DNA of 64,000 bases from Octopus bimaculoides (taxonomy: Eukaryota). The stretch is from contig NC_068992.1 of NCBI RefSeq assembly GCF_001194135.2, positions 57,893,789 through 57,957,788 on the forward strand, read 5' to 3'. The notes beneath the pieces are model-generated. The model saw nothing but the letters and a program-made list of their open reading frames with translations, did not search any database and was not told where the DNA came from. Made by a program: the position numbers and the translations under genes. Positions 11,922 through 24,819 of this stretch are shown here, piece by piece. Numbering within the stretch: the stretch's first letter is position 1; the number at the start of each line of letters is the position of its first letter.

Positions 11922-11993
11922 CTTTGCACTAAGCTGAGCAAATGTCAATGTGTTACCCAACACAAACCTAGAAATTGTATCAGGTTTTAATTT
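11922..11993 (-). CDS. SRFBP1: SRFBP1 coding exon 4 (KLKPDTISRFVLGNTLTFAQLSAK)
   Basis: Acceptor ttttcag|AAA, donor AAG|gtatgg; 72 nt, phase 0/0. Resembles human ELKPDIVTKSALG. Confidence 0.9.
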
Positions 11994-12765
11994 CTGAAAA
12001 ATAAAACAAAATTCAAAGTAAGTCGCTGATGAGCCTTCAGAAACAACAAACATTTAAACATTTTCCTGCTTAAAATGGGAGTTTAACCTTGGAAAGCCCA
12101 CAACAGTCTATTTTTCAGAGCTCATGGTTCTCTTCTCAAAGTAGTGTTTTGTGGCAGGTTATTCTTCCTGACATCAAACTGTTTTAATTGCGTCATGCAA
12201 TATGCAGGGATACTCCAGCTGAGGCAGCCACAGCATCATCATCATCACCATCATTGCATGGGTCAGATGGAATTTGCTGAAGCAGTCTTTTCTGAGAGTG
12301 GGGGCTGCCTTCTTAGCAGCAACCCTCACCTGTCTCCATGCAAGGTAGTATTTCTCCATGGCCAGGCCTGTTTCTAGTTCACCAGGACTAGAAACAAACA
12401 ACATTGCTTATATGGCAGTGATTCTAATTTTTAGTCATCACACGATGTCTTGACAAGGGTACACATACACACACACATTGTGCAGGTTGTTCAGCAAGAA
12501 AGTGTAGAATCATCTTTCTCAGATCAGAGAAACTACCAAGAAGTAGAAGAATTGTGCAAATGCCTTCCATTTACTACTTCACAGGGTCAACTCGTTTCCC
12601 ACCTGCATTCTATACTGGGTCTCTCAGAACAGCTAACATGTGGCAGTTGGGTAGATGGAAAAAAAAAAGGGTGACATTTGGCCAAGATAATGGGTTTGTT
12701 TCAGACCCACACAAATGTAAAAGGAAATTAACAAACAGCAATACATCAAGCATGCTTATAATTAC

Positions 12766-12841
12766 CTTCAAGGCAGCTATTTCTTTTACCAATGTCTCAG
12801 AGTTCTTTTTGTTTTTCTCTGTGTTTTCTGCCTTTTCATTG
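12766..12841 (-). CDS. SRFBP1: SRFBP1 coding exon 3 (NEKAENTEKNKKNSETLVKEIAALK)
   Basis: Acceptor cattacag|C, donor AAG|gtaatt; 76 nt, phase 2 to 0. Resembles human KNQRRAQRLLEEIHAMK. Confidence 0.88.
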
Positions 12842-13610
12842 CTGTAATGAATCAATGTTTGGAATAGAGATAGCCGAAGTAAACTTATAGATACACAGTG
12901 TCAGAATGAATTACCGACAGGAATTAAATTTTAAAATAAGTCTTAAACACTTAACATGAGATGTATTATGAATAGTTGGAAGAAAAGATAACTTAATATA
13001 GAAACATTAGGAAATAATCCCAATCCTGTTATAAATTTGGGTGATGTTTCTCTGTCTGTTACGTTTTTATGTTTAACTCCTCCGAGGCCATAGGTGCAAG
13101 GACAATGAAACTCAAACCAATAACTCTCCTATCTAGTAATTCCCAGGGAATGCCCTAAGGGGGTCTATTTTTTAAGGGCTGCCCAATTGGGGCCCTACTA
13201 ATCTCCCTTATTTTTACTGCATTTTAAACTAAATACATGGCATTAGCGACCAAACCGGAGCGATGACAATAAATTTCACACCATGAACTCCCAGGGAGTA
13301 TCATAAGGAGGTTCAATTTCTGAAGGGCTGCTTAAATGAAGCCCCACTGACCCCCACTCTATTTTTACTGCATTTACCTCGCTCCTACACTTGGTTGCCT
13401 TGGGGCTTTTGCAAGGTACATTACAGTGGGACTGAACCTAAGACCATATGGTTAGGGAGCAAGCTTCTCAACCACACAGCCACTCCTGTGCCTTTATATT
13501 TTTACTACATTTGTTCATTACTCTCATTATTTAGAAAACCAAAAGAACAAAAATTAAAATGTTAAAAGAAGGAATTTGATAATGCTGTTGTCAAACGAAA
13601 CAAAACGTAC

Positions 13611-13699
13611 GTTGTATTTTTTAACTGCTTCAACTGTCGAATCAATTTGGCCAAAACGTGTGATTTAGATTTCTTAGTCGTCTGTCGCAGTGTAACAAT
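13611..13699 (-). CDS. SRFBP1: SRFBP1 coding exon 2 (IVTLRQTTKKSKSHVLAKLIRQLKQLKNT)
   Basis: Acceptor ttcttacag|ATT, donor AC|gtacgt; 89 nt, phase 0 to 2. Resembles human [30 protein letters not shown]. Confidence 0.88.
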
Positions 13700-15967
13700 C
13701 TGTAAGAACAAAATGAGATGAAGATTAGTAAGAGATATAAACAAGTTTTATTCTTTGTTGTTCTGAGTTCACAACTGGCCAGAACCAACTCTGCCATTCA
13801 TGCCTCAAGGGTCAATAAAATAAAGATTTATCATCATCATCATCATCATCGTTTAACGTCAATTTTCCATGCTGGCATGAGTTGGATGGTTTGACATGGA
13901 GCTGTCCAGACTCCAGCTGTCTGCTGAGGCATGGTTTCTACGACTGGATGCCCTTCCTAAAGCCAACCACTTAACAATGTGCTACATGCTTTTTACGTGC
14001 CACTAACATGGGTGCATTTATGCAGTACTGGCACAGGTGCTTTTTTAAGTGGCACCAGCAGGATTCTTTCTTTCATTTTTAACTCTTTCAATGCTCAGAA
14101 TTTTATTACTGTTAACAGCAGAAGCAGTTTTACCCAATGGCTTAAAAAAAAAACAAAACAAGGGAAGACTTTCTCGTATGCTGTAAGAAAAGACATCCCC
14201 AGTGATATTTTCTACATAAAACAATTTTTCAGGTTTTCTAAATTTTTTCACATATTTAATCAAATGTTTTTACAGAGAAAGAATCAAATACTTTTAGAGG
14301 CGGAAATGAAAACCATACCTAGGAGATACTGATAAAGTATTGCAGAAGCAGAAAATATCAATTCTAATTTTTGGTGGATAATTAACATTATTACAGGAAT
14401 GACCATGAAATTTAATTATACAGTCAAAGGGTTAATAACTTTGTTAAAGGATCTACAGCCCTTGACAGCTGCAGATCCTCCCACAAGATAAATCTGACTG
14501 ACGTTCAGCTGGAACATCTCTGGTCAAGGCCTGCCAGAAAAGATGCGAGCAATAAGAGAAGTTAGAAAATAATAATTCAGGAGACAAAAGGGTGAAAAAA
14601 ACAAAAAAATGCAGAAGCTTAGAAGAGAGACATAAAAAGCGTAATGGGAGGGGGAGAAATGGGTGGGTGGAGAGTTGGGACTGGAAAGAGTGAAGATATA
14701 AAACTAATTCAGCTAAATCAGAGGACAAAAAGGCCACGCAAAGAGACAGTGCCTGTGAGCCAGTGGCTGGAGTGTGTTAGTGATAGAGTCTTTGCCAATT
14801 AGTTGAATAGCTTTCTTTTGGATTCAGTTTATGATGTTTGTGTTGCTAGCAGAAACATTTCCAAATGCGCGCAGACGTGGGCGTGTGGTAAGAAGCTTGC
14901 TTCCCAACTACATGATTCCGGGTTCAGTCCCACTGCATGGCACCTTGAGCAAGTGTCTTCTACTATAGCCTTCTACAGGCTGCAGTTTGCTTAAGACTGA
15001 TTTAGGACATGTGATAGAGCATTGACCTTCTTGGGACATCCAGACCAATTGATTGGCCCAAGTGGGACAAGCTGAAAGGACTTTGTAAATGGTTGGTTTT
15101 GAAGTGTGATAGCTAATCAGAGATCATCTTTCAGTAGATGTATCTCGATAGAAAAAAACATTTTGGTCTGTTTGGTTACACATACCAAAACACCGTGTCT
15201 CAAAAGACTTAACCTCTAATTCAAAAGCAAAGAGTAAGTTCTATCGACCCTGGACAATTCCACTGTCTTCAGAATTGAGGAGATATTTACTCAGGTTAGC
15301 CCACGCTTTTGCAATTAAATTTCAGTGTGGCAGGTGAAACGATTCACATTCTGTCGACAAGACAATTCACGTAGATCCGGAACTGAGGAGTTCGTCATAT
15401 TGACACCTCATTTTCCCCGTATACGTTAGCTCCTAATTCTAAGAGCAATGAAGATGTGAACTCATCCGCGCTAATATGTCACGGATGTTCATAATAGGTA
15501 GAGCGGCCAGCCAGAAAACTTAGCATCCGCAGTAAGCAAGGAACACCAGGATCATAAATTCACAGCAAACTGTCCCATTCTCTCTGCGTCCATTTACTTT
15601 TCAATTACCAAACCAAGCCCCCTCCACGGTTGTACAGATTCATCCCTTTCCCTGTTGAAGTCAGGTCCACGTTGTAAAGAGGAGGGGATTGGCTACCAGA
15701 GAGAAACGAACAGAGGAAAGGAAACGGAGGAGAGATAACGAAGAGCATTTGAAACAGGAAGAGTCCCCGAATTAATATACTGGATAAAATACTATGATTT
15801 TATAGTGGATCACAACGCTACAAATCACTGGACTATGAATAAAATTCTACTAATTACATTCTGGATTATATTTATTATATCATATACATACAGTACTTTT
15901 ATACTTTGATTATAGTTTTCCAAAGTAATCAATGAATAACACGTGCAAACGAGCAACGACAACATAC

Positions 15968-16090
15968 CTTATTATTCAAAGCCACTTTGTCCAAAGATGA
16001 CTCTTCTCCAAACTGTTTGCTTTCATCTTTTGTAGTGTTCTCTTTCCGGGAAGCTATATTTTTAGCTTTTATAGCATGTTCAGCAGTCAT
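15968..16090 (-). CDS. SRFBP1: SRFBP1/BUD22-family protein, coding exon 1 (MTAEHAIKAK...LDKVALNNK)
   Basis: ATG at 16090, 123 nt open, donor AAG|gtatgt. Ends in ALNNK, like the human LNLNNE that precedes the first intron (from memory). Confidence 0.8.
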
Positions 16091-17163
16091 TTCGAGAGAC
16101 TTTAATTAAAACTTACATTCATTAAATTCAAACACGCTGACACACAGCCATATTAGTTTCATATACGAAACTAAGAATATGCCGAAATATAAATTTATCC
16201 TAGTTATTCATAAAAAGTACATCTCATAACCCGTTTGCTATTTTAGCAATAAGTTCTACTTGTTTAATCGAAATATCATTCAAAGGGAAAACAGTATATC
16301 AATACCATTTCAATTAATTGTATAATTTTCGTATCATTGCTGAAATGATATATGGTTACATAGAATTGTCTCCCTTGTTTTTAATTAATTTAGTTTTGTT
16401 TCAGAATAAAGTTTGATAACTCTGTGCGTGACTAAATGATTTTTTCTTAGTCTTAACTCGATAAGTTGAAAGGTATCGATTTTCTCCACTTCCGTACGAA
16501 ATAATCTAATTTATTAAAAGTAACTTCAAGCTACTTATCAACCACATGGGTCTGGGTTCAGTCCCATTGCGTAGCACCTTGGGCAAGTGTCTTCTACTAT
16601 AGTCTCGGGCCGACCAAAGCCTTGTGAGTGGATTTGGTAGACGTATATATATATGTGTGTGTGTGTTTGTGTGTCTGTGTTTGTCCCCCCAACTTCGCTT
16701 GACAACCGATGCTGGTGTGTTTACGTCCCCGTAACCTAGCGGTTTGACAAAAAGAGAACCGATAGAATAAGTACTAGGCTTACAAAGAATAAGTCCTGGG
16801 GTCGATTTTCTCGACTAAATGCGGTGCCCCAGCATGGCCGCAATCAAATGACTGAAACAAGTAAAAGAGTAAATCTCATTGGAAATTAAAAAGAAAGTTG
16901 ACGACAAATTAAAATAGGTCCTCGACAGGTGCGAGAAATCTATCAAAAAAATCTCTATAAAAAGTAAAATTGTATACTGTGCACTTTGTTGTGTCTTGTT
17001 ATGCGCATGATACCCCGGTACATGGGAAAATTGTTTTGCTTGAAACGAGTGCGCGGTGGCTAAAATAAAGTTTTGGGATCACTGACGAAGTTATGACAGT
17101 TAGTGAAAAACGGAAAAGAGTTATCTCCCTTGGTGCACGTCAGAGACATTTTGTTGCTTCAAA
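16091..17163. promoter_or_regulatory. Bidirectional promoter region between SRFBP1 and DCTN3
   Basis: Divergent ATGs at 16090 (-) and 17164 (+). Locally more CpG near 16920-17170, TGCGCATG (NRF1 half-site-like) at 17002-17009, CAAAATGGCGGC (YY1/TISU-like) at 17160-17171. Confidence 0.65.
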
Positions 17164-17262
17164 ATGGCGGCTATATCAGAGTCTGACATTCTTGAGAAAC
17201 GGATTGGAATATTGGAGAATCTGGTCTTTGGATTGTCTGATAAGGACACTGAATATCCAAAG
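17164..17262 (+). CDS. DCTN3: Dynactin subunit 3 (p22/p24), coding exon 1 (MAAISESDILEKRIGILENLVFGLSDKDTEYPK)
   Basis: ATG in AAAATGG context, donor AAG|gtaagt; 99 nt, phase 0. Resembles human LQARVEELERWVYG. Confidence 0.9.
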
Positions 17263-18530
17263 GTAAGTTGTATTTGGAAAGGGAGGATTCGTTCATTTTT
17301 AACTGTGTAAAACCCTAATGTCGAAAAATTTATTACAAAAATATGATGTTTGGATTGTGATGATAGACGAAATCAAAAATATTGTCAGTGAATTAATTTT
17401 AGGTGAATATAAGAAGAAATAATAAAAGTAAAGCAACCGCAAGAAACGGTATTCTTTGTTTATTAGTCTAGGATATTCTGACGCGAATAACATATTTCAT
17501 AAATGACTCACTGCGGAAGACCGAAGTCTCGTGTAACAGCTGCGAAGAAGACAGAAGAACTGAATTAAATGTATAACTTTCTACGAGGTATACACCAGGA
17601 TAACCCATGTCATTAATTCTACATTTCTTGCAGCCCTTCAGATTAATTCACAATTCAGTGATGTATTAGATTCTACATACCTAAAACTAAAGATCCCCAG
17701 AAAGTTGACTGAGAAGGGAGATAGAATTAATCGGTAGCGATCATTGACTATAACGTACCCTCTTTGACAATTTTTTTTTTGACTATTATATATCTTTCTA
17801 GTGATTTGTTTTTCACTATAACATACCATTCCTGTTGATCTTTGATCGTAGTGTGCCTCTTTTACTTTGTCAAACTGTAGCTAGTGTCAGTGTACCCGTG
17901 AAAGACTTTTCTTCTACCTTTTGACGCTGATACACCCAACTTCTTTGTCGTATGGAACATTGTGGGTTGCAATTAAGAATTGTTATTTTTTGTATTAAGA
18001 TGAAAAGGTCTAATTATATTAATCTTTCGGAGAAAGTATATGAGAAGTGAAAGCATTGTTCGGCAATTTATCGGAATAAATACCAGGTTACTTCTATTTA
18101 TTTTTGAAAATATTCTTTGGATTTTCGTTTTAATCATCAGAATGTAAATAGAGTGTAAATAGTGGCATATTTTGGTGCTAAACTGATCACAACAACATTT
18201 GTGTACACAAACTGGAGTCTGTTTCATTTGATCCACTTTTAATCTTCAAAAACATTTTTAATTATCTTTCAACACTAATCGTTAATGTGAGAGCACCTCT
18301 GGTCTACTCGTCTTTCCACTTGGTGTAATCTTTGTTGCGAACCCTCTCAACCTTTCCCCACTCTAATCCCTATGACCAGTTTTTTTAATACCCAGAACGT
18401 TGGCTCTCTGGAACATATTCTGCAGAATGGAACATAAACGGTATCAGATTCACTGGATTTGAAGGGCCTGCAAATAATTGTACATTCATTAGGAATTCAG
18501 ATCATCACTTATAATCATATTCTGTTGGTG

Positions 18531-18532
<2 letters not shown>

Positions 18533-18610
<78 letters not shown>

Positions 18611-18630
18611 CCTCCCTCTCTCTCTCTCTC
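18533..18630. repeat. (CT)n microsatellite
   Basis: Direct reading; one of dozens of (TA)n, (CA)n, (CT)n, (CAT)n and (ATT)n tracts. Confidence 0.95.
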
Positions 18631-21600
18631 AATTTGCTTTTGGTTGACTTCAAATGATGCTTAGTTGAAGTTAAGTGCTGTAAGATTCCCAAATAGAGAT
18701 TTTATAATTCCACTTTGAATTTCAGATCCTAACTCTGTAATATGTGGGTAGTCTTTCTATAGGTACAAATACTTGCATCTTCTGGTTGATGAAACCAATC
18801 TTCTCAAGCCTGAGCTAATTGTATCTGCCACAGTTTACCTTTACTAACATTACTGAAGCATTAATTCATCCATTGGTTCAGCATGTTTGCATGACATGCT
18901 CATATTAATGCAGTTGTCTTTCATATATATATCAGATTGGAGCCTGGTGTAGCCATCTGGTTCACCAGTCCTCAGTCAAATCGTCCAATCCATGCCAGCA
19001 TGGAAAGCCGACGTTAAACGATGATGATGATAGAATATTAGTTGCTCCCATAATTGCCCCTAAATCCTATTTTTTAGATGGTTAGATGTTTTTAGTGGTT
19101 AGAGTATTAGGCTCACGGTCATTAGTTTGTGAGTTCCGTTCTTGGAATTGGTGGTATGTTGTGTCCTATATCACCTTCCCACTGCTCCTGGTCTGCTTCC
19201 ATAATGTTCCTTGTGCTACCATTTCCATCTGCACATTATTGCATGCCAGTTCAGCTGAGCACTGTTAAATCACCACCTTGTATTTAACATGCATAATTCA
19301 TTATTGCAATTTCTTGTATTAAATCACTGGATTCTTACAATAAGGTTTTCAAGTTTAACCCATTTAATACCAACCCACTTAAGACTGACCTTAGAGACAT
19401 GATGCAAACTTCATGTTTTAAAGAGATGCATCTTCCAGGCATACCAGCAAATGGGTTTTTTTTAACACTATTTGCATATAGTCATTGACTAGCGATTCAG
19501 TTCACTTCCAATTCAGTTCAGGTATGGGATGTTGATAAGACACAAAAGTGGCAAAACATTAATGTGCATCACTTCTGAATTGGATTTGGGGCGAGTTGTT
19601 TCACCTGTCTATGACTTTCAGATGTTTTAACACTTGAGACTTTGATGGAGTCATCTCTACAGTGCTAAATTGCAGCGTACTAGTGAACAAGTAAATCACA
19701 TATATTGAGTATGTGTTCGATAATACACACACACACACACACGCGCTTTCATTTTCTTGTCTTGAAGTTAGATTTTTAAAAAAGGTTCTTGAAAACTATT
19801 ATTTACCTTGTATTATTAACTCTTTTGATGCCAACCCACCTGAGACCCTCCCTGGTTCTATTATAAAAACTTCCTGTTTTAAAGGACCTAAATTTAAACT
19901 TTCCATCAGAATTTCTCGTGCCAAATTATGTTCCAAACACCAGCTTAATAATGGCCGAGTTGTTCTAACTCCTATCTGCAAGTGTGAGCTCTGTGAGTCA
20001 GAGTGGTTGTTCCAACACATCTCTGTCACCATCCTCCAGAGCAATGCCTTTTTCCATTTTGTCTGCTAGGACCATGAGGTGCTCTGAATTTTCAAAATAA
20101 TAATAATAATGCAATACCATGCTCTATGTGCCGGTCCAGTACCAGGCAGTGGCTTGTGATCCTAACTGATTGGAAATGTTATCATGTGCATTATTTTGTC
20201 TTGGTATAAGAGATGGGCAACAGCAAATATTCTGCTCACTACCCAATATTGAATAATATTCAATATTTGTCAGTTGCTTGACCTTAACCAGTTGAGCATG
20301 TCCTTTGGTGGCTGACAATATGTGTATCTCTGATCACAAGCAGAAGTAGTGGGGGAGCATCATAGCCATGTGTTGAGAGAAATACTTTGGGGTTTGGATA
20401 ATTCACCTTTGGAAACATGGGTGTTTCATTCAACATCCTTAAATAACTCTTATTCAGTGACCTTTTGAACGGGATGGGCTACTCGACCATAAGAAAATTC
20501 TAACTGAGCCCCACCTGCAAGGTCATTCACTGTTTATCTTGATATGAGATCACCATGTCACACATGTATGGTTGTGATGCATGTACCTGGTGTACTCTTA
20601 TCAGATGGGTAGTCACGATGGGTATACTGGGCTTTGTATATTTTACCCCAGTGTCTCTTTGATGGCATATACTGCTCTCTCACTCAGTAATAATAACGCA
20701 GGCACTTTTCTTTGCTCAGTTTGAATATTGTTCAATATTATTTTCTTAACTTCTTTATTATTTTCAACATTAATTGAAGCAAAAACATTAGATTTCGACA
20801 GAAATAGGGTAACAAAATTATTGTTGTTGAAATATTGTTGATAGCAAATTATGAAGAAATGTACAGAATTGTCAAGAATATTTTTTCCCAATCAGTCCAA
20901 GATAATTTAAAAACAATTAGGGATAACTTTATTATGTAAAACTATAGTCTTCACAATAATAATTCTTATACTTGTTTCAGTAATATAATTATGTGTAATT
21001 TACTTTTCCGCTTCAATCAGACGATTGATTATTATTTTTGCTTCATAATTATATTTATTTACTTTTGTTTGTTCAGAATGTTCAGAAAATAATCTTGCAT
21101 AATTTTCTCATTGAAATTTGTTCCATGTGTTGTGTCTGGTGTTAAAGAATAGTTCTTAATTGTTACCATCTTTCAGTTTGCTCAACCAGAAACTTCTCCC
21201 GTATTTGTAAGTACTTTGGCCAAAAAATAAATAAAAATAAGTGCTTAATTTGCTAAATTATGAAACACTGGTCTGCCTTTAATTTATTTTTAAAATACAA
21301 AAAACAAAAAACAAAAAGAAATTATATTCTCTGTCTTTATTTTTGTTGTTGCTGCTGTTGTATTTTAGCCATTTTACATTCTGACTGCAGAGCTTCACTG
21401 TCATAAGTTTCATTGGCAAAATTCTTCTTCATTCCCAGGAAATCTTTTTCAGAAAATTGAAATATCAATTTAGTATTCCTGCATTTGCAAATGAGAGTAA
21501 ATTAGTTGATTTTTATTTTTGTATCTGGTTTGCAAGTTTCTTAATGTAAACTCGTGTTGAAACAGGGTTTTTTTTTGTATCTTGGGAGGATCATTATGCC

Positions 21601-22079
21601 AATAATAAACACACACACACACTGGTTCCATTTCACTTCTTTCAAGCGTCTCCTCCCTATTGAGGATTACACATTGTTAAAGAGTGTTTTTTTTTTTTGT
21701 TAAACCTGTTTACACGCAATACCTTCAAAACAACATGCACACACACATACACACACACACATATTCAGTGTTTTATCCTCTGACGTCCATAATGTTTTTT
21801 CTTGATATAAACCTTTTGTGGTCAATACAGAAATCATTATCAAGGTGGTGATCTGACAGACTCGTTAGCATGCCAGGCAAAATGCTTAACGGTATTTTGT
21901 CTGTCTTTATGTTCTGAGTTCAAATTACGCTGAAGTCCACTTTGCCTTTCATCCATTCAGGGTCAGTAAAATAAGTACCAGTTGTGCACTGAGATTAATG
22001 TAATTGACTTACTCCCTCCCAGGAAATTGCTGACCTTGTGCCAAAATATGAAAGCATTATTATTATTATTAGTATTATT

Positions 22080-22299
22080 AGGTGGTGAGCTGGCAGAAAC
22101 GTTAGCACACCAGGCGAAATACTTTGAGGTATTTCATCTGTCTTTACGTTCTGAGTTCAAATTCTGCTGAGGTCGACTTTGCCTTTCATCCTTTTGGGGT
22201 CAATAAATTAAGTACCAAGTACCAGCTGCGTACTGAGGTCGATCTAATTGACTGGCCTCCTCCCCGAAAATTTCAAGCCTTGTGCTTAGAGTAGAAACG

Positions 22300-22300
<1 letters not shown>
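22080..22300 (+). mobile_element. SINE family C (tRNA-like head, central GTCGACTTTGCCTTTCATCC...AAGTACC block, (ATT)n tail)
   Basis: Copies at about 21840-22050, 55151-55390, 54150-54440, 51530-51670 (-) and 32300-32480 (-). The central block resembles the conserved core of Meta/Nin-type SINEs (recalled, not searched). Confidence 0.7.
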
Positions 22301-22348
<48 letters not shown>

Positions 22349-24819
22349 GTTAACCAATGAACTAATTGGTTGTTTGATTAATCTCTCAGTCAATCAGTCT
22401 GCTGAATTCATCGAAGTCCTTTCATTGTCGTTTGCAATTTCACCAATGACATGCTCTCTAATCCAGGACTAGTGAAGGTATGTCGTTGATGAGTTCATGA
22501 ATGGTAATGAAAGGACTTTAACGAACCTAGCTGACTGATTGATTGACTGAAGGGGTAATCAAATAATCAATTAGTCAATTGATTAAATGTTTAACAAGTT
22601 GGCTAATTACAGAACCAGTGTATGTGTTTATTACTGGCATAATGATTTTCCTGAGATGCAACTAAATTAGTGGAGTTTTTAGCAAAAGTTATTTCTTTCA
22701 AAAAGACTTTTTTTTTTTTTTACCATAATATTCTTCATCATTGCTTCATATAAATTGCTGCAAAGGCTTGGCTTAAGTCTAACATGAAACAATGTAATGT
22801 GTTTAGTGCAAGACTGAAATCACATATCCAATGGGCTTCTTTCAGTTTCTGCCTGCCAAATCCATCTGCAAGGCTTTGGGAGGCCCAGGACTATAGTCTA
22901 AGACACTTGCTCAAGGTGTCACACAGTGGGATTGAACCCAGGACCATGTGGTTGGGAAACAAACTTCTGACCACACAACAGATATGATGCTCCAAAAGCT
23001 CACTTCAGTCTCACAATAAATAGACAAAATACAGGGTACGTACTTCAACTGATATTTGTAGTTGTTACTGTTAGTTTTCAAATAACTAATTTCATCAGTT
23101 GTATTTAGTAGCTCAACAACATCTTAAAACAATGTTATCAACAGTAAAATATACTGAAAACAATGTATTTGTTATGTGGATTGTTCAGCTGCTCTGCTTT
23201 TCTCTTCGGGCTTTCTCTACTTCACAGTCTTGTTACCATTTTATTTATTCTTTCTTTTCTCAAAGACTTAAGTAAGGAGGAGACAAATTTTTAATGTTTT
23301 TCGCTCATAACTTTCTCCTGTTACAGTTAGTTTCCTTTGACAAATCAAGTTTCCATTATTTTTATGAATTGAAGTTGCCATAAAACTGCCTTCGGAAAAT
23401 GACCTTGCTTTGAAAAAAAAATAAAGTTAAAAAATTACAGTTTCTAACCTTTGTGCAAAATATAAGGAAATAATTTAATGAGGAACAATTTGTAGATGCT
23501 GAAAAAGGGAATTGGTATACCTTGTAAACTAATTTTCATTATTTAATAGGTTTAATATGTTGAGTATCAACCTCCCTGAGATCACCCTTAAAGTGTTAAT
23601 GTTTAAAGCAGATCTTAATTAAATTAATGTCATACCATGAATTTGGTTGGTTAACACTGACATAGCATATGTGTGTGTGTGTGTGTGTGTTTATTTAAAA
23701 GGCTGATTGTTATGCTCAGTCAGAGAGTGACCATCGGTTTCACACTTACGAAATACTTAGCTGTATAGGTAACTCATCAGACTCAAATGGCCGGAGGAAC
23801 ATTCCCTCTCTCTCACCATTTCCTCACTATATTTCAATATATTTATTCGAGTTTATTTCATTAAATGTTCATACTTATCCTTGGTTCTTGTTGATACTGC
23901 TGTGACAAATTTCAAATATAAGCATCAACTGTATTGCAGAAGCTTTGCATTCTTGAAAGATCTTGCTGTGTTGTGAAGTTCTATAACATGAAACTTATTT
24001 TCCTGTCAACTTCCATCTTACTTAGAAGTTAATCAACAAAAAAAAAAAAATGTTCCAGGTTACAGAGTTCCATATTTTACTTGAACTGTGGTCATGCTGG
24101 TGCACTACCTTGAAGGGTTTAGTCAAACAAATTGAACCCAGTAATTGTTTTTTTAAATCTGGAACTTGATTTATCTGTCCCTTTTGCCAAACTGATAAGT
24201 TACAGATGTAAACAAACCAACACCATTATCAAGGAATGAGGGAGAAGGACAAAGACATGCACATGTGTATAGATATGGATGTAGCCATTTTCTGTCTACC
24301 TCACCCACAAACCACTGGCCAACCCTGAGACTCTAGCAGAAAAAAGACACTTGTCCAAGGTGCTGCTGCACAGTGAAACTGAACCCGAAACCACTTGGTT
24401 GCAAAGCAAACTTCTTAACTACACAACTGACCGTGCCTGCAAGATTTTCACGAAGGCAGTGCTTCTGCAAACACATGTCATGCCACTCGTGCATTGCTTT
24501 GAAACTTCATGCATTTTTACCCTGTGTATTTTAATTCATGAGCCACCATATAAAATGTTTTTTGTTGCAAAATGCTTTCATCATTGGCTGACATTAACTT
24601 GCTTGTTTCATTTATTTTTCCTTTGGTTTCATTTTTTTGTTGTTTTTTTTTTCAAACCATGCTGTGATGATTTTGTTTTTCCTTGTTTTGACAATGTATA
24701 AAAATTAATCTGATTCATGTGTTTCATGATAATTATTATAACAACTCTTCATTGACAGCTTTCTACAGCAAATGTATTGCCTCACTGTTGCTTTTGTTTT
24801 CCCTTTTTTTTTTTGTTTC

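Noticed and set aside
17500-18460. Possible old LINE fragments after DCTN3 exon 1
   Set aside because: Only faint CR1-like words on the minus strand; too degraded to call.
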